Shown here: positions 1-8,689 of the stretch, piece after piece
Numbering within the stretch: the first letter of the stretch is position 1
Layout: each line of letters starts with the position of its first letter
Virus record (IMG/VR): IMGVR_UViG_3300037851_000243
Span: 1 to 40,716 of that record
Strand: one strand, 5' to 3'
DNA length: 40,716 bases
Origin: a virus
The notes under the pieces: model-generated
The model's input: the letters and a program-made list of their open reading frames with translations, nothing else
Databases searched by the model: none
What the model was told of the DNA's origin: nothing
Translations under genes and position numbers: made by a program

Positions 1-300
1 TGAGCGTCGGCGGCGACCTCTACCTCAGCCACACTCCAATCACCGCCCTGCCTGACGGACTGAGCGTCGGCGGCGGCCTCTACCTCAGCCACACTCCAAT
101 CACCGCCCTGCCTGACGGTCTGAGCGTCGGCGGCGCCCTCTACCTCGGCCACACCCTAATCACCGCCCTGCCTGACGGACTGTGCGTCGGCGGCGACCTC
201 GACCTCAGCGACACCGCGATCACTGCCCTGCCTGACGGTCTGAGCGTCGGCGGCAACCTCGACCTCAGCGACACCCCAATCACCGCCCTGCCTGAGAATT
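1..300 (+). repeat. 60-bp in-frame tandem repeat array (5 units)
   Basis: Units 1-60, 61-120, 121-180, 181-240 and 241-300 all begin tgagcgtcggcgg (or tgtgcgtcggcgg) and differ at only a few positions. Confidence 0.95.
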
Positions 301-611
301 GCAGATTGGGCGGGAAGCGTATCTCCGACGCGCCCATCATCCCAGACATTGATCGGGCAGTGTATGCAGCGGCCTCGCAGCCGGGCGCGCTGGATATGAG
401 GAGATGGCATTGCGGCACCTCACACTGCCGTGCCGGCTGGATCGTGACGCTGGCCGGAGAAGCAGGCAAGCGGCTGGAGATTGACACGGGCTCCACGGCC
501 AATGCAGCGATGCTGATTTATGCTGCGAGTGCGCCGGGCCAGCCGATCCCCGACTTTTATTGTGATAACGAGGCGGCTCTGGCCAACATGAAGGCCAGAG
601 CAGGCCTGTAG
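1..611 (+). CDS. C-terminal part of an LRR-like (20-aa repeat) protein. The 5' end is outside the window, or is the ORF opening at 40174 if the molecule is circular.
   Basis: The frame is open from the window edge (in phase with nt 3) to TAG 609-611. It has five in-frame 60-bp repeats encoding LPDGLSVGGxLxLxxTxITA, then a tail of about 110 aa containing RRWHCGTSHCRAGW. It is near-identical to 39538-40148. Confidence 0.8.
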   Translation, partial: SVGGDLYLSHTPITALPDGLSVGGGLYLSHTPITALPDGLSVGGALYLGHTLITALPDGLCVGGDLDLSDTAITALPDGLSVGGNLDLSDTPITALPENCRLGGKRISDAPIIPDIDRAVYAAASQPGALDMRRWHCGTSHCRAGWIVTLAGEAGKRLEIDTGSTANAAMLIYAASAPGQPIPDFYCDNEAALANMKARAGL

Positions 612-636
612 CGATTGAACAGGAAAGGCCACGAAG

Positions 637-675
637 ATGACAGATGCGCCGATTGATCTAGCTGCCGTCCGGTGA
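637..675 (+). pseudogene. Degenerate remnant of the start of a further repeat-protein gene copy
   Basis: 612-642 (gcgattgaacaggaaaggccacgaagatgaca) parallels the inter-copy spacer plus start at 40149-40179 (acgattgaacaggaaaggccgcgaacatgaca). Here the ATG at 637 opens only a 12-codon ORF (MTDAPIDLAAVR*). Confidence 0.4.
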
Positions 676-928
676 GCCACAAAGAGCTTGCATAAGGCCG
701 CAAATCAAATTATGGCCAAAACAGGACGACTTACGCGAGCCCACCTTCGTAACCGTAGCTGAGTGCTCGCTATAGGCCCAGGCCAGCAAAAAACCATGCT
801 GGCCCCATCGGGGGCCTACGTCAAAAATCAGAATGAAACCATCTCTGATCGCATCAGAAGATGCCTGATACGCCATCATCGGCGTTCCGCCCTTAACAAT
901 CGCTGAACCGCCCGCGCAAGGAGGAATC

Positions 929-1960
929 ATGCACACGTTGTCGAAACGACTCGCCCGCGTCATGGTGTGCGGGGCGCTCGTTGCCGCGCTTATCATGGCC
1001 GTGGCTCATGGAGCCGAGCGCGGCACAAAGCTCCACATGCAGGTCGCGTTGATCATCGGTCTGGCCTGCGTCGCGATCGGCGAGTTTCTCGCGTGGCACA
1101 ATGCCGCGAGTGCTTGGCACGAGCGTCGATCTGGTTCGGTCGCGCTGTGGGCGTGCCTCGGCGTGATTTTGAGCGGCGGAACGCTCTACACCAACTTTTC
1201 ATCCGCAGCCGCCAACAACGACTTGAAAACGGGCGTGCAAAAAGCGGCGTTCGTCACACAAGGGGACGTCGACAAGACCGAGGCGATGCTTGAGAAGAAG
1301 GTGTCGAGGCTCGAGGAACGGCTGCGGATGATGCCAGCGCGGACTGCAGAAGCGGCGCGCGCCGCGCAAGACAACGCACGAGCGCATCGCTGGTGGGGCG
1401 TCACGGACGGATGCAAGACAACGAAGGGGCCAGACACGCGCAAATTCTGTTCCGAATACGCTTCGGCTGTGGCTGACGAAAGCATGGCCAAAGACGCTAT
1501 GACCAGGGCGGAAGAGCTTAAAATGGCTCAAGCGGAGTTGGCCACGTTGCGGACCAACCGCGCCGGCACAGGTGCAGCCGTCGTGTCCGACGAGCAGGCC
1601 GGCGTCGCGGTCCTGGCATCTCTCCTCCGTGTCGATGTCCAGGCCGCCCGCCAAACAGACAGCATGATCCTGCCCCTTCTGGTGCAAGCGATGCTCCTGA
1701 TCGGAGGCATCTGCCTCGCGAGCGAAACCTATCGTCACACAGAGCGGCGCCCTTGGGTCAATTGGAGCCGGTTCGCACCACTCGGTCGCAGATTGATCGC
1801 ATGGTGGCGGGATCAAACGCCGGAACAGCAGATCGCAGACGCTGCGCTGCGTCACGGCCGCATTGAAGTCAATCAAACCGTCACGGACGAGCGCGGCGTT
1901 AACGAGCTGTGGGCCAAACTTAATGGCGCCCTCAACCCGCCACGAGAGCGCACGGCATGA
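929..1960 (+). CDS. Hypothetical membrane protein with a central coiled-coil (343 aa)
   Basis: A strong RBS (aaggagg, 918-924) precedes the ATG at 929. There are three hydrophobic segments at the N-terminus, a long charged helical middle and a fourth hydrophobic segment (ILPLLVQAMLLIGGICLA). The stop overlaps the next ATG (ATGA). Confidence 0.75.
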   Translation: MHTLSKRLARVMVCGALVAALIMAVAHGAERGTKLHMQVALIIGLACVAIGEFLAWHNAASAWHERRSGSVALWACLGVILSGGTLYTNFSSAAANNDLKTGVQKAAFVTQGDVDKTEAMLEKKVSRLEERLRMMPARTAEAARAAQDNARAHRWWGVTDGCKTTKGPDTRKFCSEYASAVADESMAKDAMTRAEELKMAQAELATLRTNRAGTGAAVVSDEQAGVAVLASLLRVDVQAARQTDSMILPLLVQAMLLIGGICLASETYRHTERRPWVNWSRFAPLGRRLIAWWRDQTPEQQIADAALRHGRIEVNQTVTDERGVNELWAKLNGALNPPRERTA

Positions 1961-2229
1961 CCGATACGGAGCAGCTCATTCACCAAGTCGCCAGAGAGCT
2001 AGGGATCGAAGGCGTCGCGACGACCGCAGGACCAACACGGGTTGCCGTGTCTTTCACCCGCAAAGACGGGTCGCAAGGAGGATGCAACATCGACGAGGGG
2101 ACGTCGTTCAAGCAAATCCACGACATCCTCGCTGGAGAGGCAAAGTCAGCCTCGAAGGCGAAAGAGGCGAAGGCGAAGGTCATTGCCGCTATGGAGCTGA
2201 AGTTGAAGGCTCTGAAAGATGAACAGTGA
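1957..2229 (+). CDS. Hypothetical small protein (90 aa)
   Basis: ATGA coupling to the upstream gene and coding-like composition. It lies directly upstream of the TerS-like gene. Confidence 0.65.
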   Translation: MTDTEQLIHQVARELGIEGVATTAGPTRVAVSFTRKDGSQGGCNIDEGTSFKQIHDILAGEAKSASKAKEAKAKVIAAMELKLKALKDEQ

Positions 2230-2662
2230 TGCTGCTGTAACAGAAGCGAAACAGCGTCCACACCCGCGCCCACATCTGATGCAGCACGAATTTAAGCCTG
2301 GGCAGTCGGGCAACCCGAAGGGTCGACCACGGGGAGCGCGCAGCAAGCTCTCGGAATTGTTCATCGAAGAGCTGTACCGCGATTTTCAGATCCACGGCGT
2401 CGACGCCATCAAGGAAGTGCGAGAGGTCCGCCCACACGACTATTTGAAGGTCGTTGCGTCGCTGCTGCCGAAGGAACTGAACGTGCGGGCCGACGTTTTG
2501 TCGGAAATGTCAGATGATGAACTTGTCGCGATCCTCGACAACATTCGATGCCTCGTCGCTGCCGGCAGTTTTACGACGATTGGAGACGGAGCTACAGAAG
2601 CGGCGCGATACCAATCGACTCAAGCACTACCAGCCCTACGCGCGACAGAAGGACTTTCATAA
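2219..2662 (+). CDS. Putative terminase small subunit (DUF5681-like)
   Basis: The motif FKPGQSGNPKGRPRGA is typical of small proteins encoded just upstream of TerL in many phages. The call also rests on position. Confidence 0.65.
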   Translation: MNSDAAVTEAKQRPHPRPHLMQHEFKPGQSGNPKGRPRGARSKLSELFIEELYRDFQIHGVDAIKEVREVRPHDYLKVVASLLPKELNVRADVLSEMSDDELVAILDNIRCLVAAGSFTTIGDGATEAARYQSTQALPALRATEGLS

Positions 2663-3233
2663 CGCCGGACGCGACCACAACGAACGTTTGTTTATGGCTG
2701 GCAATCAGCTCGGCAAAACCTGGGCTGGCGGGTTTGAGACCGCGATGCATCTGACGGGGCGGTATCCCGACTGGTGGCAGGGACAGACGTTCGATAAACC
2801 GCCGATCATCTGGGCGTCTGGCGTGACGGGTGAGAGCACGCGCGACAACCCGCAGCGGGTTCTAGTGGGCAACCCACCGCGCGAAGATGAGTGGGGAACC
2901 GGGACCATCCCACGGGACTGCCTCATAGATCATGATCGGGCGATCGGTGTGCCGAACCTGCTCGACAACGTGGTCGTTCGTCACGGCGGCGGCGGCGATG
3001 TGCAAGCGGGTGAAGCGCTGTGCTATTTCAAGGCCTATGAAAAAGGCCGCGAGAAATGGCAGGGGCCAACAATCGATGCTGTGTGGTTCGATGAAGAACC
3101 GCCGCTGCCCATTTACACCGAGGGCCTGACGCGTACGAATCGCGGACAGCGCTCGCAATTTGTGTACATCACGTTTACGCCGCTCCTGGGGATGTCAGAG
3201 GTTGTGTCGCTCTTCCTATTGAGACCGCAATGA
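2514..3233 (+). CDS. terL: Terminase large subunit, ATPase domain portion (frame-interrupted at the 3' end)
   Basis: Walker A-like MAGNQLGKTW and Walker B-like AVWFDEEP are present. The ORF ends ...TFTPLLGMSEVVSLFLLRPQ* where homologues continue. The start is uncertain because ATG 2514 overlaps the TerS-like ORF by 149 nt. Confidence 0.85.
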   Translation: MMNLSRSSTTFDASSLPAVLRRLETELQKRRDTNRLKHYQPYARQKDFHNAGRDHNERLFMAGNQLGKTWAGGFETAMHLTGRYPDWWQGQTFDKPPIIWASGVTGESTRDNPQRVLVGNPPREDEWGTGTIPRDCLIDHDRAIGVPNLLDNVVVRHGGGGDVQAGEALCYFKAYEKGREKWQGPTIDAVWFDEEPPLPIYTEGLTRTNRGQRSQFVYITFTPLLGMSEVVSLFLLRPQ

Positions 3234-3961
3234 GCCGTCACGTGACGTCGATGACAATCGACGACGTATCCCACTACAGCGAAGCGGAGCGCGCGCAAAT
3301 CGTCGCCAGCTATCCCGCTCACGAACGTGAGGCGCGCGCGCGTGGAATCCCGACGATGGGGAGCGGGCGTATCTTTCCGATCGCTGAATCGGACCTGATC
3401 GTGCCAGCGCGGGAGGTCCCGAAGCATTGGCCGCAAATCAACGGTCTCGATTTTGGTTGGGATCATCCGTTCGCCGCAGTCAACATCGCATGGGATCGCG
3501 ACGCCGATTGTGTGTTCGTGTGTAAAACTTACCGCCGGCGGGAAGAGACGCCAGTGTTGCACGCGGCATCAATCAAACCCTGGGGTGAGTGGATTCCCTG
3601 CGCGTGGCCGCATGACGGCCTGCAACACGATAAAGGCTCCGGGCAGCAGCTGAGGGAGATCTATAAATCACACGGGCTGAATATGTTGTCCGAGCGCGCT
3701 GAACATGCCGAAGGCGGTAACGGTGTCGAAGCCGGGTTGATGGAGATGCTGGAACGGATGCAAACAGGGCGCTTCAAGGTCTTCGCCGATCTCGTGGAAT
3801 GGCTGGAGGAATTTCGCCTCTATCACCGCCTTAACGGCAAAGTCGTGAAGGAACGTGACGATCTCATGAGCGCCACGCGATACGCGGTCATGATGTTGCG
3901 CGAGGCTTGCGTGAAGCCGAGCAGCAAGCCGCTGGCGTACGGTGGGAAGCGATACGCCTGA
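3230..3961 (+). CDS. terL: Terminase large subunit, nuclease domain portion
   Basis: Contains ...MTIDDVSHYSEAERAQIVASYPAHEREARARGIPTMGSGRIFP..., GLDFGWDHP and ERDDLMSATRY (RNaseH-like nuclease acidic residues). It lies in the -1 frame relative to 2514-3233, with an ATGA junction. Confidence 0.85.
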   Translation: MSRHVTSMTIDDVSHYSEAERAQIVASYPAHEREARARGIPTMGSGRIFPIAESDLIVPAREVPKHWPQINGLDFGWDHPFAAVNIAWDRDADCVFVCKTYRRREETPVLHAASIKPWGEWIPCAWPHDGLQHDKGSGQQLREIYKSHGLNMLSERAEHAEGGNGVEAGLMEMLERMQTGRFKVFADLVEWLEEFRLYHRLNGKVVKERDDLMSATRYAVMMLREACVKPSSKPLAYGGKRYA

Positions 3962-6153
3962 TGCACCAAACACCGCAGCCACTGTCTGACGACGAATTGG
4001 TGTTGCAGCTCGAGGAGCAGAACCGCCGCGCTGTTGGCTATCTGTCCGACGAGGTGACGCAGGATCAGGACGACAACCTGAAGCGTTACCTGGGTATGCC
4101 ATACGGCGACGAAGAGGAAGGCTCGTCCAACGCGATGTCGATGGATGTGGCCGAGGTCGTTGATTGGGCGCTTCCGGACCTCCTGGAGCCTTTCATTAGT
4201 GGCGAGCGCAAGGTGGAGTTCCAGGCGCAGACGGAAGCGGACGAAGCATGGGTCGAGCAGGCGTCTGACCTGGTGCAGCACAACATCATGGTCGAAAACC
4301 ACGGCATTTTGTTGCTTTACGACGTTGCCAAATCCGCGCTAATTCAGAAGATCGGCATCACCAAGACGACGTGGGAGACGACGGAACACGTCGAGCAGCA
4401 GACAACGGCTGGTCTCTCGATACTCAACGTCCAGGCGCTGCAGGTCGACCCGGAAATCACGATTGAGAGCGTCCAGTCGGAGCCGACGAACGTCACCAAT
4501 ATTGATCCCTCGGTGCAACAGGCCTTTGTCGATGGCAATGCCTACACGGTGAAATTCAAGCGAACGGTCAAGAAGGGCAAATGCAAGACCGTCGCCGTAC
4601 CACCTGAAGAGTTTCGTGTCACGCAGCGCGCGAAGGACATTCGCAACATCAGATATTGCTGTCATGAAACGGAGACAACGCGCGCTGATCTGATCAGCAT
4701 GGGCTTTGCGACAGATGTCGTCATGTCGATACAGTCGGAGACCTCGCAGGAAGCCAACCGACAGGACACGCGGTTCCGCGGCGAGGACCGCACCGACCAA
4801 ACAACGGCAGCAAGACTAGCGGCGCAAGTGACGCTGAAGGAGGAATACTATCGGGTCGACGCCAATGGCGATGGCCGCGAAGAAATGGTGCAGGTGTTCC
4901 GCGTCGGCAAGACCTTGTTGCAGGACCCGGAAGAGGTTGACGATCACCCGTTTGAAATGTGGACCCCGGACCGCATCCCACATCGGTTGATCGGTTTGGC
5001 GATTGCCGACAAGGTCAAGAACACGCAACGCATCAAGACCGTTCTAACCCGCCAACTGCTTGATAATGTGTATCTGGCCAACAATCCTCGCATTGAAGTG
5101 CCAGACGATGCGGTCAGTGACAACACGTACGACGATCTTCTCAAGTACCGGATCGGCGGTCTGATCCGCACCAAGAAGCCCGGTATGCTCAATGCGATCA
5201 ACCTGCCGGACCGCTCTGGCTCCGCTATGCAAGCGATCATGTACATGGACAGCGTCCGTGAGCAGCAATCGGGCGTCGTCAAAAATGGCATGGCGCTGTC
5301 GTCCGAAGCCATCGACCCCAAGAGCGCGACGGAAGCGCGCAAGGAAGATCGAAACGAGCAGACACGCAAGCGCTTGATGGCGCGTATGTTCGCCGAAACG
5401 TTCATGGTGCCGTTGTTCCAACGCGTTCTACGCTGCATTGTCAAATATCAAGATGTGGCTCTGACGCTGAAATTGCGTGGGCGTTGGGTCGAAATGGATC
5501 CGCGCGGCTGGAACAGCAGCATCACGGCGCGGGCCAGCGTGGGGCTGGGGTACGCGAACCGCGATGAACAGTTGCTCGCGGCAAAGACCGTCGCAGAGAT
5601 GCAGATGGTTGCATTTCAAAATGGTCTCGCAGGGCCAGAACACCTGTATAAAACTGCTGAAAAGGTGATCGAGGCTGTTGGTTGGCAGTTCCCGGACAAC
5701 TATTTCGTCAACCCGCAGACGCCAGAGGGACAGCAGGCCCTGGCACGAATGGCGGAGGCCAAAGCGCAGGACCCGCGTGCGATGGAAGCGCAAGGCAAGC
5801 TGCAACTGATGCAGCTGGAAATGCAGATGGAGGCGCAGGCGGCGCAGCTGAGAGCGACCCGCGAGATTGAATTCGAGAAACTCAAGGTGCAAGCCAAGCA
5901 GGCCATAGAGGAACGGCGTTTGGATTTCGATATCAAGTCGGAAATGCTGCGCATCAACCAGGAAGACAAGTTGGCGCGCGAACGCATGTTCGCTGAATTC
6001 ACGCTGAAGCGACAGCAGATGGCAGCGGAAGCCCAACTCGAGAGAGAGCGCGACGAGGCGGCGCATGTCATTGGATTGGAGCGCGCGAGAAACGCCGGAG
6101 CCGGACAAGGGAATGGCGTCTCGCCGGTCCGGTTCGGAGGCAAACTCGGATGA
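3961..6153 (+). CDS. Portal protein (730 aa)
   Basis: It follows TerL directly (TGATG overlap at 3959-3963) and has the right size. The long Q/A/E-rich helical C-terminus resembles the barrel of P22-type portals. I chose ATG 3961 rather than the track start at 3907. Confidence 0.8.
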   Translation: MHQTPQPLSDDELVLQLEEQNRRAVGYLSDEVTQDQDDNLKRYLGMPYGDEEEGSSNAMSMDVAEVVDWALPDLLEPFISGERKVEFQAQTEADEAWVEQASDLVQHNIMVENHGILLLYDVAKSALIQKIGITKTTWETTEHVEQQTTAGLSILNVQALQVDPEITIESVQSEPTNVTNIDPSVQQAFVDGNAYTVKFKRTVKKGKCKTVAVPPEEFRVTQRAKDIRNIRYCCHETETTRADLISMGFATDVVMSIQSETSQEANRQDTRFRGEDRTDQTTAARLAAQVTLKEEYYRVDANGDGREEMVQVFRVGKTLLQDPEEVDDHPFEMWTPDRIPHRLIGLAIADKVKNTQRIKTVLTRQLLDNVYLANNPRIEVPDDAVSDNTYDDLLKYRIGGLIRTKKPGMLNAINLPDRSGSAMQAIMYMDSVREQQSGVVKNGMALSSEAIDPKSATEARKEDRNEQTRKRLMARMFAETFMVPLFQRVLRCIVKYQDVALTLKLRGRWVEMDPRGWNSSITARASVGLGYANRDEQLLAAKTVAEMQMVAFQNGLAGPEHLYKTAEKVIEAVGWQFPDNYFVNPQTPEGQQALARMAEAKAQDPRAMEAQGKLQLMQLEMQMEAQAAQLRATREIEFEKLKVQAKQAIEERRLDFDIKSEMLRINQEDKLARERMFAEFTLKRQQMAAEAQLERERDEAAHVIGLERARNAGAGQGNGVSPVRFGGKLG

Positions 6154-6434
6154 GTGACAAGTTGCAGGCCGCCCGCGCCCGTGCGCGCCGGTTAAAGGAA
6201 TTGGCGCACGGGCCTGATGGGTTGTTTGCGGTCTTCGATGCGGTCGAGCGCAATTATTTCGAGACTCTCGTGGAGAGCGATGTAGCGGACCAGCGATTGC
6301 GGGAGGACGTCCATCATCGCATTTGCGCTTTGCGCGACATTCGCAAGCTGATCACGGTCGGCATTGCGCAGGGGGTCGCGTCGGAAACCCTGATCAAGCG
6401 ACTATCCAAAATCTCAGAAGCCAAACAGCTCTAA
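6150..6434 (+). CDS. Hypothetical protein (94 aa)
   Basis: ATGA coupling to the portal gene and a helical, charged sequence. Confidence 0.6.
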   Translation: MSDKLQAARARARRLKELAHGPDGLFAVFDAVERNYFETLVESDVADQRLREDVHHRICALRDIRKLITVGIAQGVASETLIKRLSKISEAKQL

Positions 6435-6445
6435 GGGGCGCGATA

Positions 6446-7450
6446 ATGTCAGAAACACTTGCAAAAGCAGACGGCGAAACGACGGCCAGTGGGCCGCTCT
6501 CGTCTGCTGACCTTGCGGAGCACTTTAAGGTCGAGCTGGATCGAGAGGACCAAGACAGCGCCGGAAGCCGTGTCGAGCAATCGCAGGAGATCGACGGCAG
6601 CGCCGGCGCCAATACAGATGTGCAAAGTGTCGTCAGTGCGGTCGAGGCGCCAGACATCGCGGAACCGGAAGCGGTCAACCAGCGAGAGATCCAGGCACCA
6701 GCCGGAATGAGCGATGAGGATCGCGTTGCATTCGCCAAGTTGACGCCGGAGCTTCGGCAGTGGGTCGTCAACAGCGATAAATCTCGCACCGCCGATTACA
6801 CACGCAAGACTCAAGAGGTAGCAGAATCCCGCAAAGCGTATGACGCGGGGCTGCAAACTCTCCAAACACAACTGCAAGAGTATGATCGCATTCTCAAGGG
6901 CTTTACTGCGCGGCCCGTGACGCCGCCTGATCCGGCGCTCCGTCACACCGATCCGTTGGCCTACGAGGACCAGCAGGCCGAGTACATCCAGGCCAAGCAC
7001 AGAATGGAAATCGCGAACGAAGAGCGCGAACGCATCAGAGTCGAGTCAGACCGTATCAACAAGGAGATGTTCGAACGGCAAGTCGCCGAGGAAACAAAGC
7101 TCCTTCGCGAGAAGGTGCCGGAATTTGCCGATGCACGAAAAGCCCCGATCCTCAGCAAGGCGGTCGCGGAATACGCCATCGGCAATGGGTACACGGTTGA
7201 CGAGTTGAAATTTGCCAGGGCCAGCGACATTGCGGTGCTCGTGAAAGCGATGCGCTATGATGCCGCCCAGGCCGCCAGCCAACGCGCGCAACCCGTGACC
7301 GTCGTTCCCAAATCGTCGCAGCCTGGACCAGCAAAATCGGTCAGTCGTGGTGGTCCGATCACAACTGCCATTCAAACATTGTCGCAGGCGCCGACGAGAG
7401 AGAATCTCGCCGCCGCCTTTCTCGCTCAACTCAACTCGGAAAGACGTTAA
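6446..7450 (+). CDS. Putative scaffolding protein (334 aa)
   Basis: RBS aagggg (6433-6438) precedes ATG 6446. The protein is acidic and coiled-coil-rich and is encoded between the portal and major capsid genes. Confidence 0.6.
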   Translation: MSETLAKADGETTASGPLSSADLAEHFKVELDREDQDSAGSRVEQSQEIDGSAGANTDVQSVVSAVEAPDIAEPEAVNQREIQAPAGMSDEDRVAFAKLTPELRQWVVNSDKSRTADYTRKTQEVAESRKAYDAGLQTLQTQLQEYDRILKGFTARPVTPPDPALRHTDPLAYEDQQAEYIQAKHRMEIANEERERIRVESDRINKEMFERQVAEETKLLREKVPEFADARKAPILSKAVAEYAIGNGYTVDELKFARASDIAVLVKAMRYDAAQAASQRAQPVTVVPKSSQPGPAKSVSRGGPITTAIQTLSQAPTRENLAAAFLAQLNSERR

Positions 7451-7453
7451 ACC

Positions 7454-8407
7454 ATGGCAACGATCACGAACGCATTTACCACCAGCTCGGCTGTCGGCAT
7501 CCGTGAGGACCTGACAGACAACATTCATCGCGTCGACATCGACGAAACGCCGATCATGTCCATCATCGGAACGACGACGGCGAAAAACACGCTGCACGAA
7601 TGGCAGACCCGATCGCTCGGCGCCGTTGATACGGGCAACGCCAAACCAGAAGGCAACGAAACGGCACGCGCCGCGGCGACGCCGAACGTTCGCGTCTCGA
7701 ACGTCTGTCAGATCAGCTCCAAGAATGCGACGGTGACGGGAACGCTGGAAGCAGTCGACAAGGCTGGCCGCAACTCGGAAATGGCGTTGCAGATGGCGGA
7801 CCGTACGATTGAACTGCGCAAGGACATGGAAGCAATCATGTTCTGTACCAATCAGGCATTCGCCAACTCCGGAACCCGCACCACGCGCTCGTTTGAAGCC
7901 TGGATCCGCACCAACACGTCGCGTGGCGCTGGCGGGGCGGATCCCGCGGACCCCACGACGACGCCGGGCACGACGGCAACAGATGGCACGGCGCGCGCCT
8001 TTACCGAGGCCCTCATCAAGACAACGATGAAGAAGGCCTTTGAAAACGGCGCCAAGCCCACGAAACTGATCATGGGCGCGCATGCGAAGACAGTGGCGAG
8101 CGGGTTCACCGGTCGCGCCGGATCGACGGTCGACATCGGTCGCAACACGGTGACGAACAACGTTACCAAGTACGAGAGCGATTTCGGCGTGTTGGATTTC
8201 ATCCCGCACGCCTATGCCCGTGCGTCTGGCCGCACCGTCATCGGTCTCGACCCGAAGATGGTCAAAGTCGCCTATTTGCGGAAATTCAAGAGCTTTCCTC
8301 TCGCCAAGATCGGCGACGCCGAGACGCGCGAGATTATTTCGGAATACGGGCTCGAAATGTGCAACGAAAAAGCACATTTCGTCATCGCCGATTTGTTGAC
8401 GGCGTGA
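7454..8407 (+). CDS. Major capsid protein (HK97-fold, DUF5309/SU10-like by eye)
   Basis: Position after the scaffold gene, size of 317 aa, and an N-terminal ...REDLTDNIHRVDIDETPIMSIIG...HEWQT pattern typical of this capsid family. Confidence 0.85.
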   Translation: MATITNAFTTSSAVGIREDLTDNIHRVDIDETPIMSIIGTTTAKNTLHEWQTRSLGAVDTGNAKPEGNETARAAATPNVRVSNVCQISSKNATVTGTLEAVDKAGRNSEMALQMADRTIELRKDMEAIMFCTNQAFANSGTRTTRSFEAWIRTNTSRGAGGADPADPTTTPGTTATDGTARAFTEALIKTTMKKAFENGAKPTKLIMGAHAKTVASGFTGRAGSTVDIGRNTVTNNVTKYESDFGVLDFIPHAYARASGRTVIGLDPKMVKVAYLRKFKSFPLAKIGDAETREIISEYGLEMCNEKAHFVIADLLTA

Positions 8408-8425
8408 TCCGGTAACGCGTCACTG

Positions 8426-8452
8426 ATGGCCGGCTCACAATGAGCCGGCCAT
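8426..8452 (+). terminator. Perfect 12-bp stem / 3-nt loop hairpin just after the capsid gene
   Basis: The sequence is atggccggctca-caa-tgagccggccat. There is no clear U-tract (followed by tccattgaag), so it may be a partial terminator or an mRNA stabiliser. Confidence 0.45.
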
Positions 8453-8470
8453 TCCATTGAAGAGGACGAC

Positions 8471-8689
8471 ATGGCCGATACGACGAAACCGCAGAAGACA
8501 CCTCCGGCACCAGCCGAACCCGCAGCACCAGCCAATTCGGGAAAACCACCAACCACGCTCGTGAAAGGTGTCATTCTCGCGGACGGTGTGTTTTCGTCGC
8601 AGGGCAAGCACAGCAAGGGCGAAAAAGTCGAGCTGCCTTTGGATGATGTTGTCTCATTGGAGGCGAACAACTTCATCACGAGGATATGA
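8471..8689 (+). CDS. Hypothetical head-associated small protein (72 aa)
   Basis: RBS gaagagga, a Pro/Ala-rich N-terminus, and position after the capsid gene. Confidence 0.6.
   Translation: MADTTKPQKTPPAPAEPAAPANSGKPPTTLVKGVILADGVFSSQGKHSKGEKVELPLDDVVSLEANNFITRI

Noticed and set aside
1-300. 60-bp tandem repeats (also at 39478-39837 and 40223-40716) as a possible CRISPR array or non-coding satellite
   Set aside because: The units abut directly with no unique spacers. They are in frame (60 = 20 codons) and translate to a coherent LRR-like repeat within ORFs that have starts, RBSs and a shared C-terminal domain.
658-879. Minus-strand ORF (74 aa from MMAYQ…) in the spacer before the late operon
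   Set aside because: I have left this undecided rather than calling it. Third-position G/C bias is much weaker than in neighbouring genes. Two strong hairpins lie inside it, the RBS is marginal and I recognise no motif. It could instead be a foreign moron, so a homology search would be worthwhile.
7046-8377. 443-aa ORF on the minus strand
   Set aside because: It is entirely antisense to the scaffold and major capsid genes. The sequence is Arg/Gly/Ala-rich and shadow-like, as is typical of high-GC DNA, and it has no RBS or coupling.
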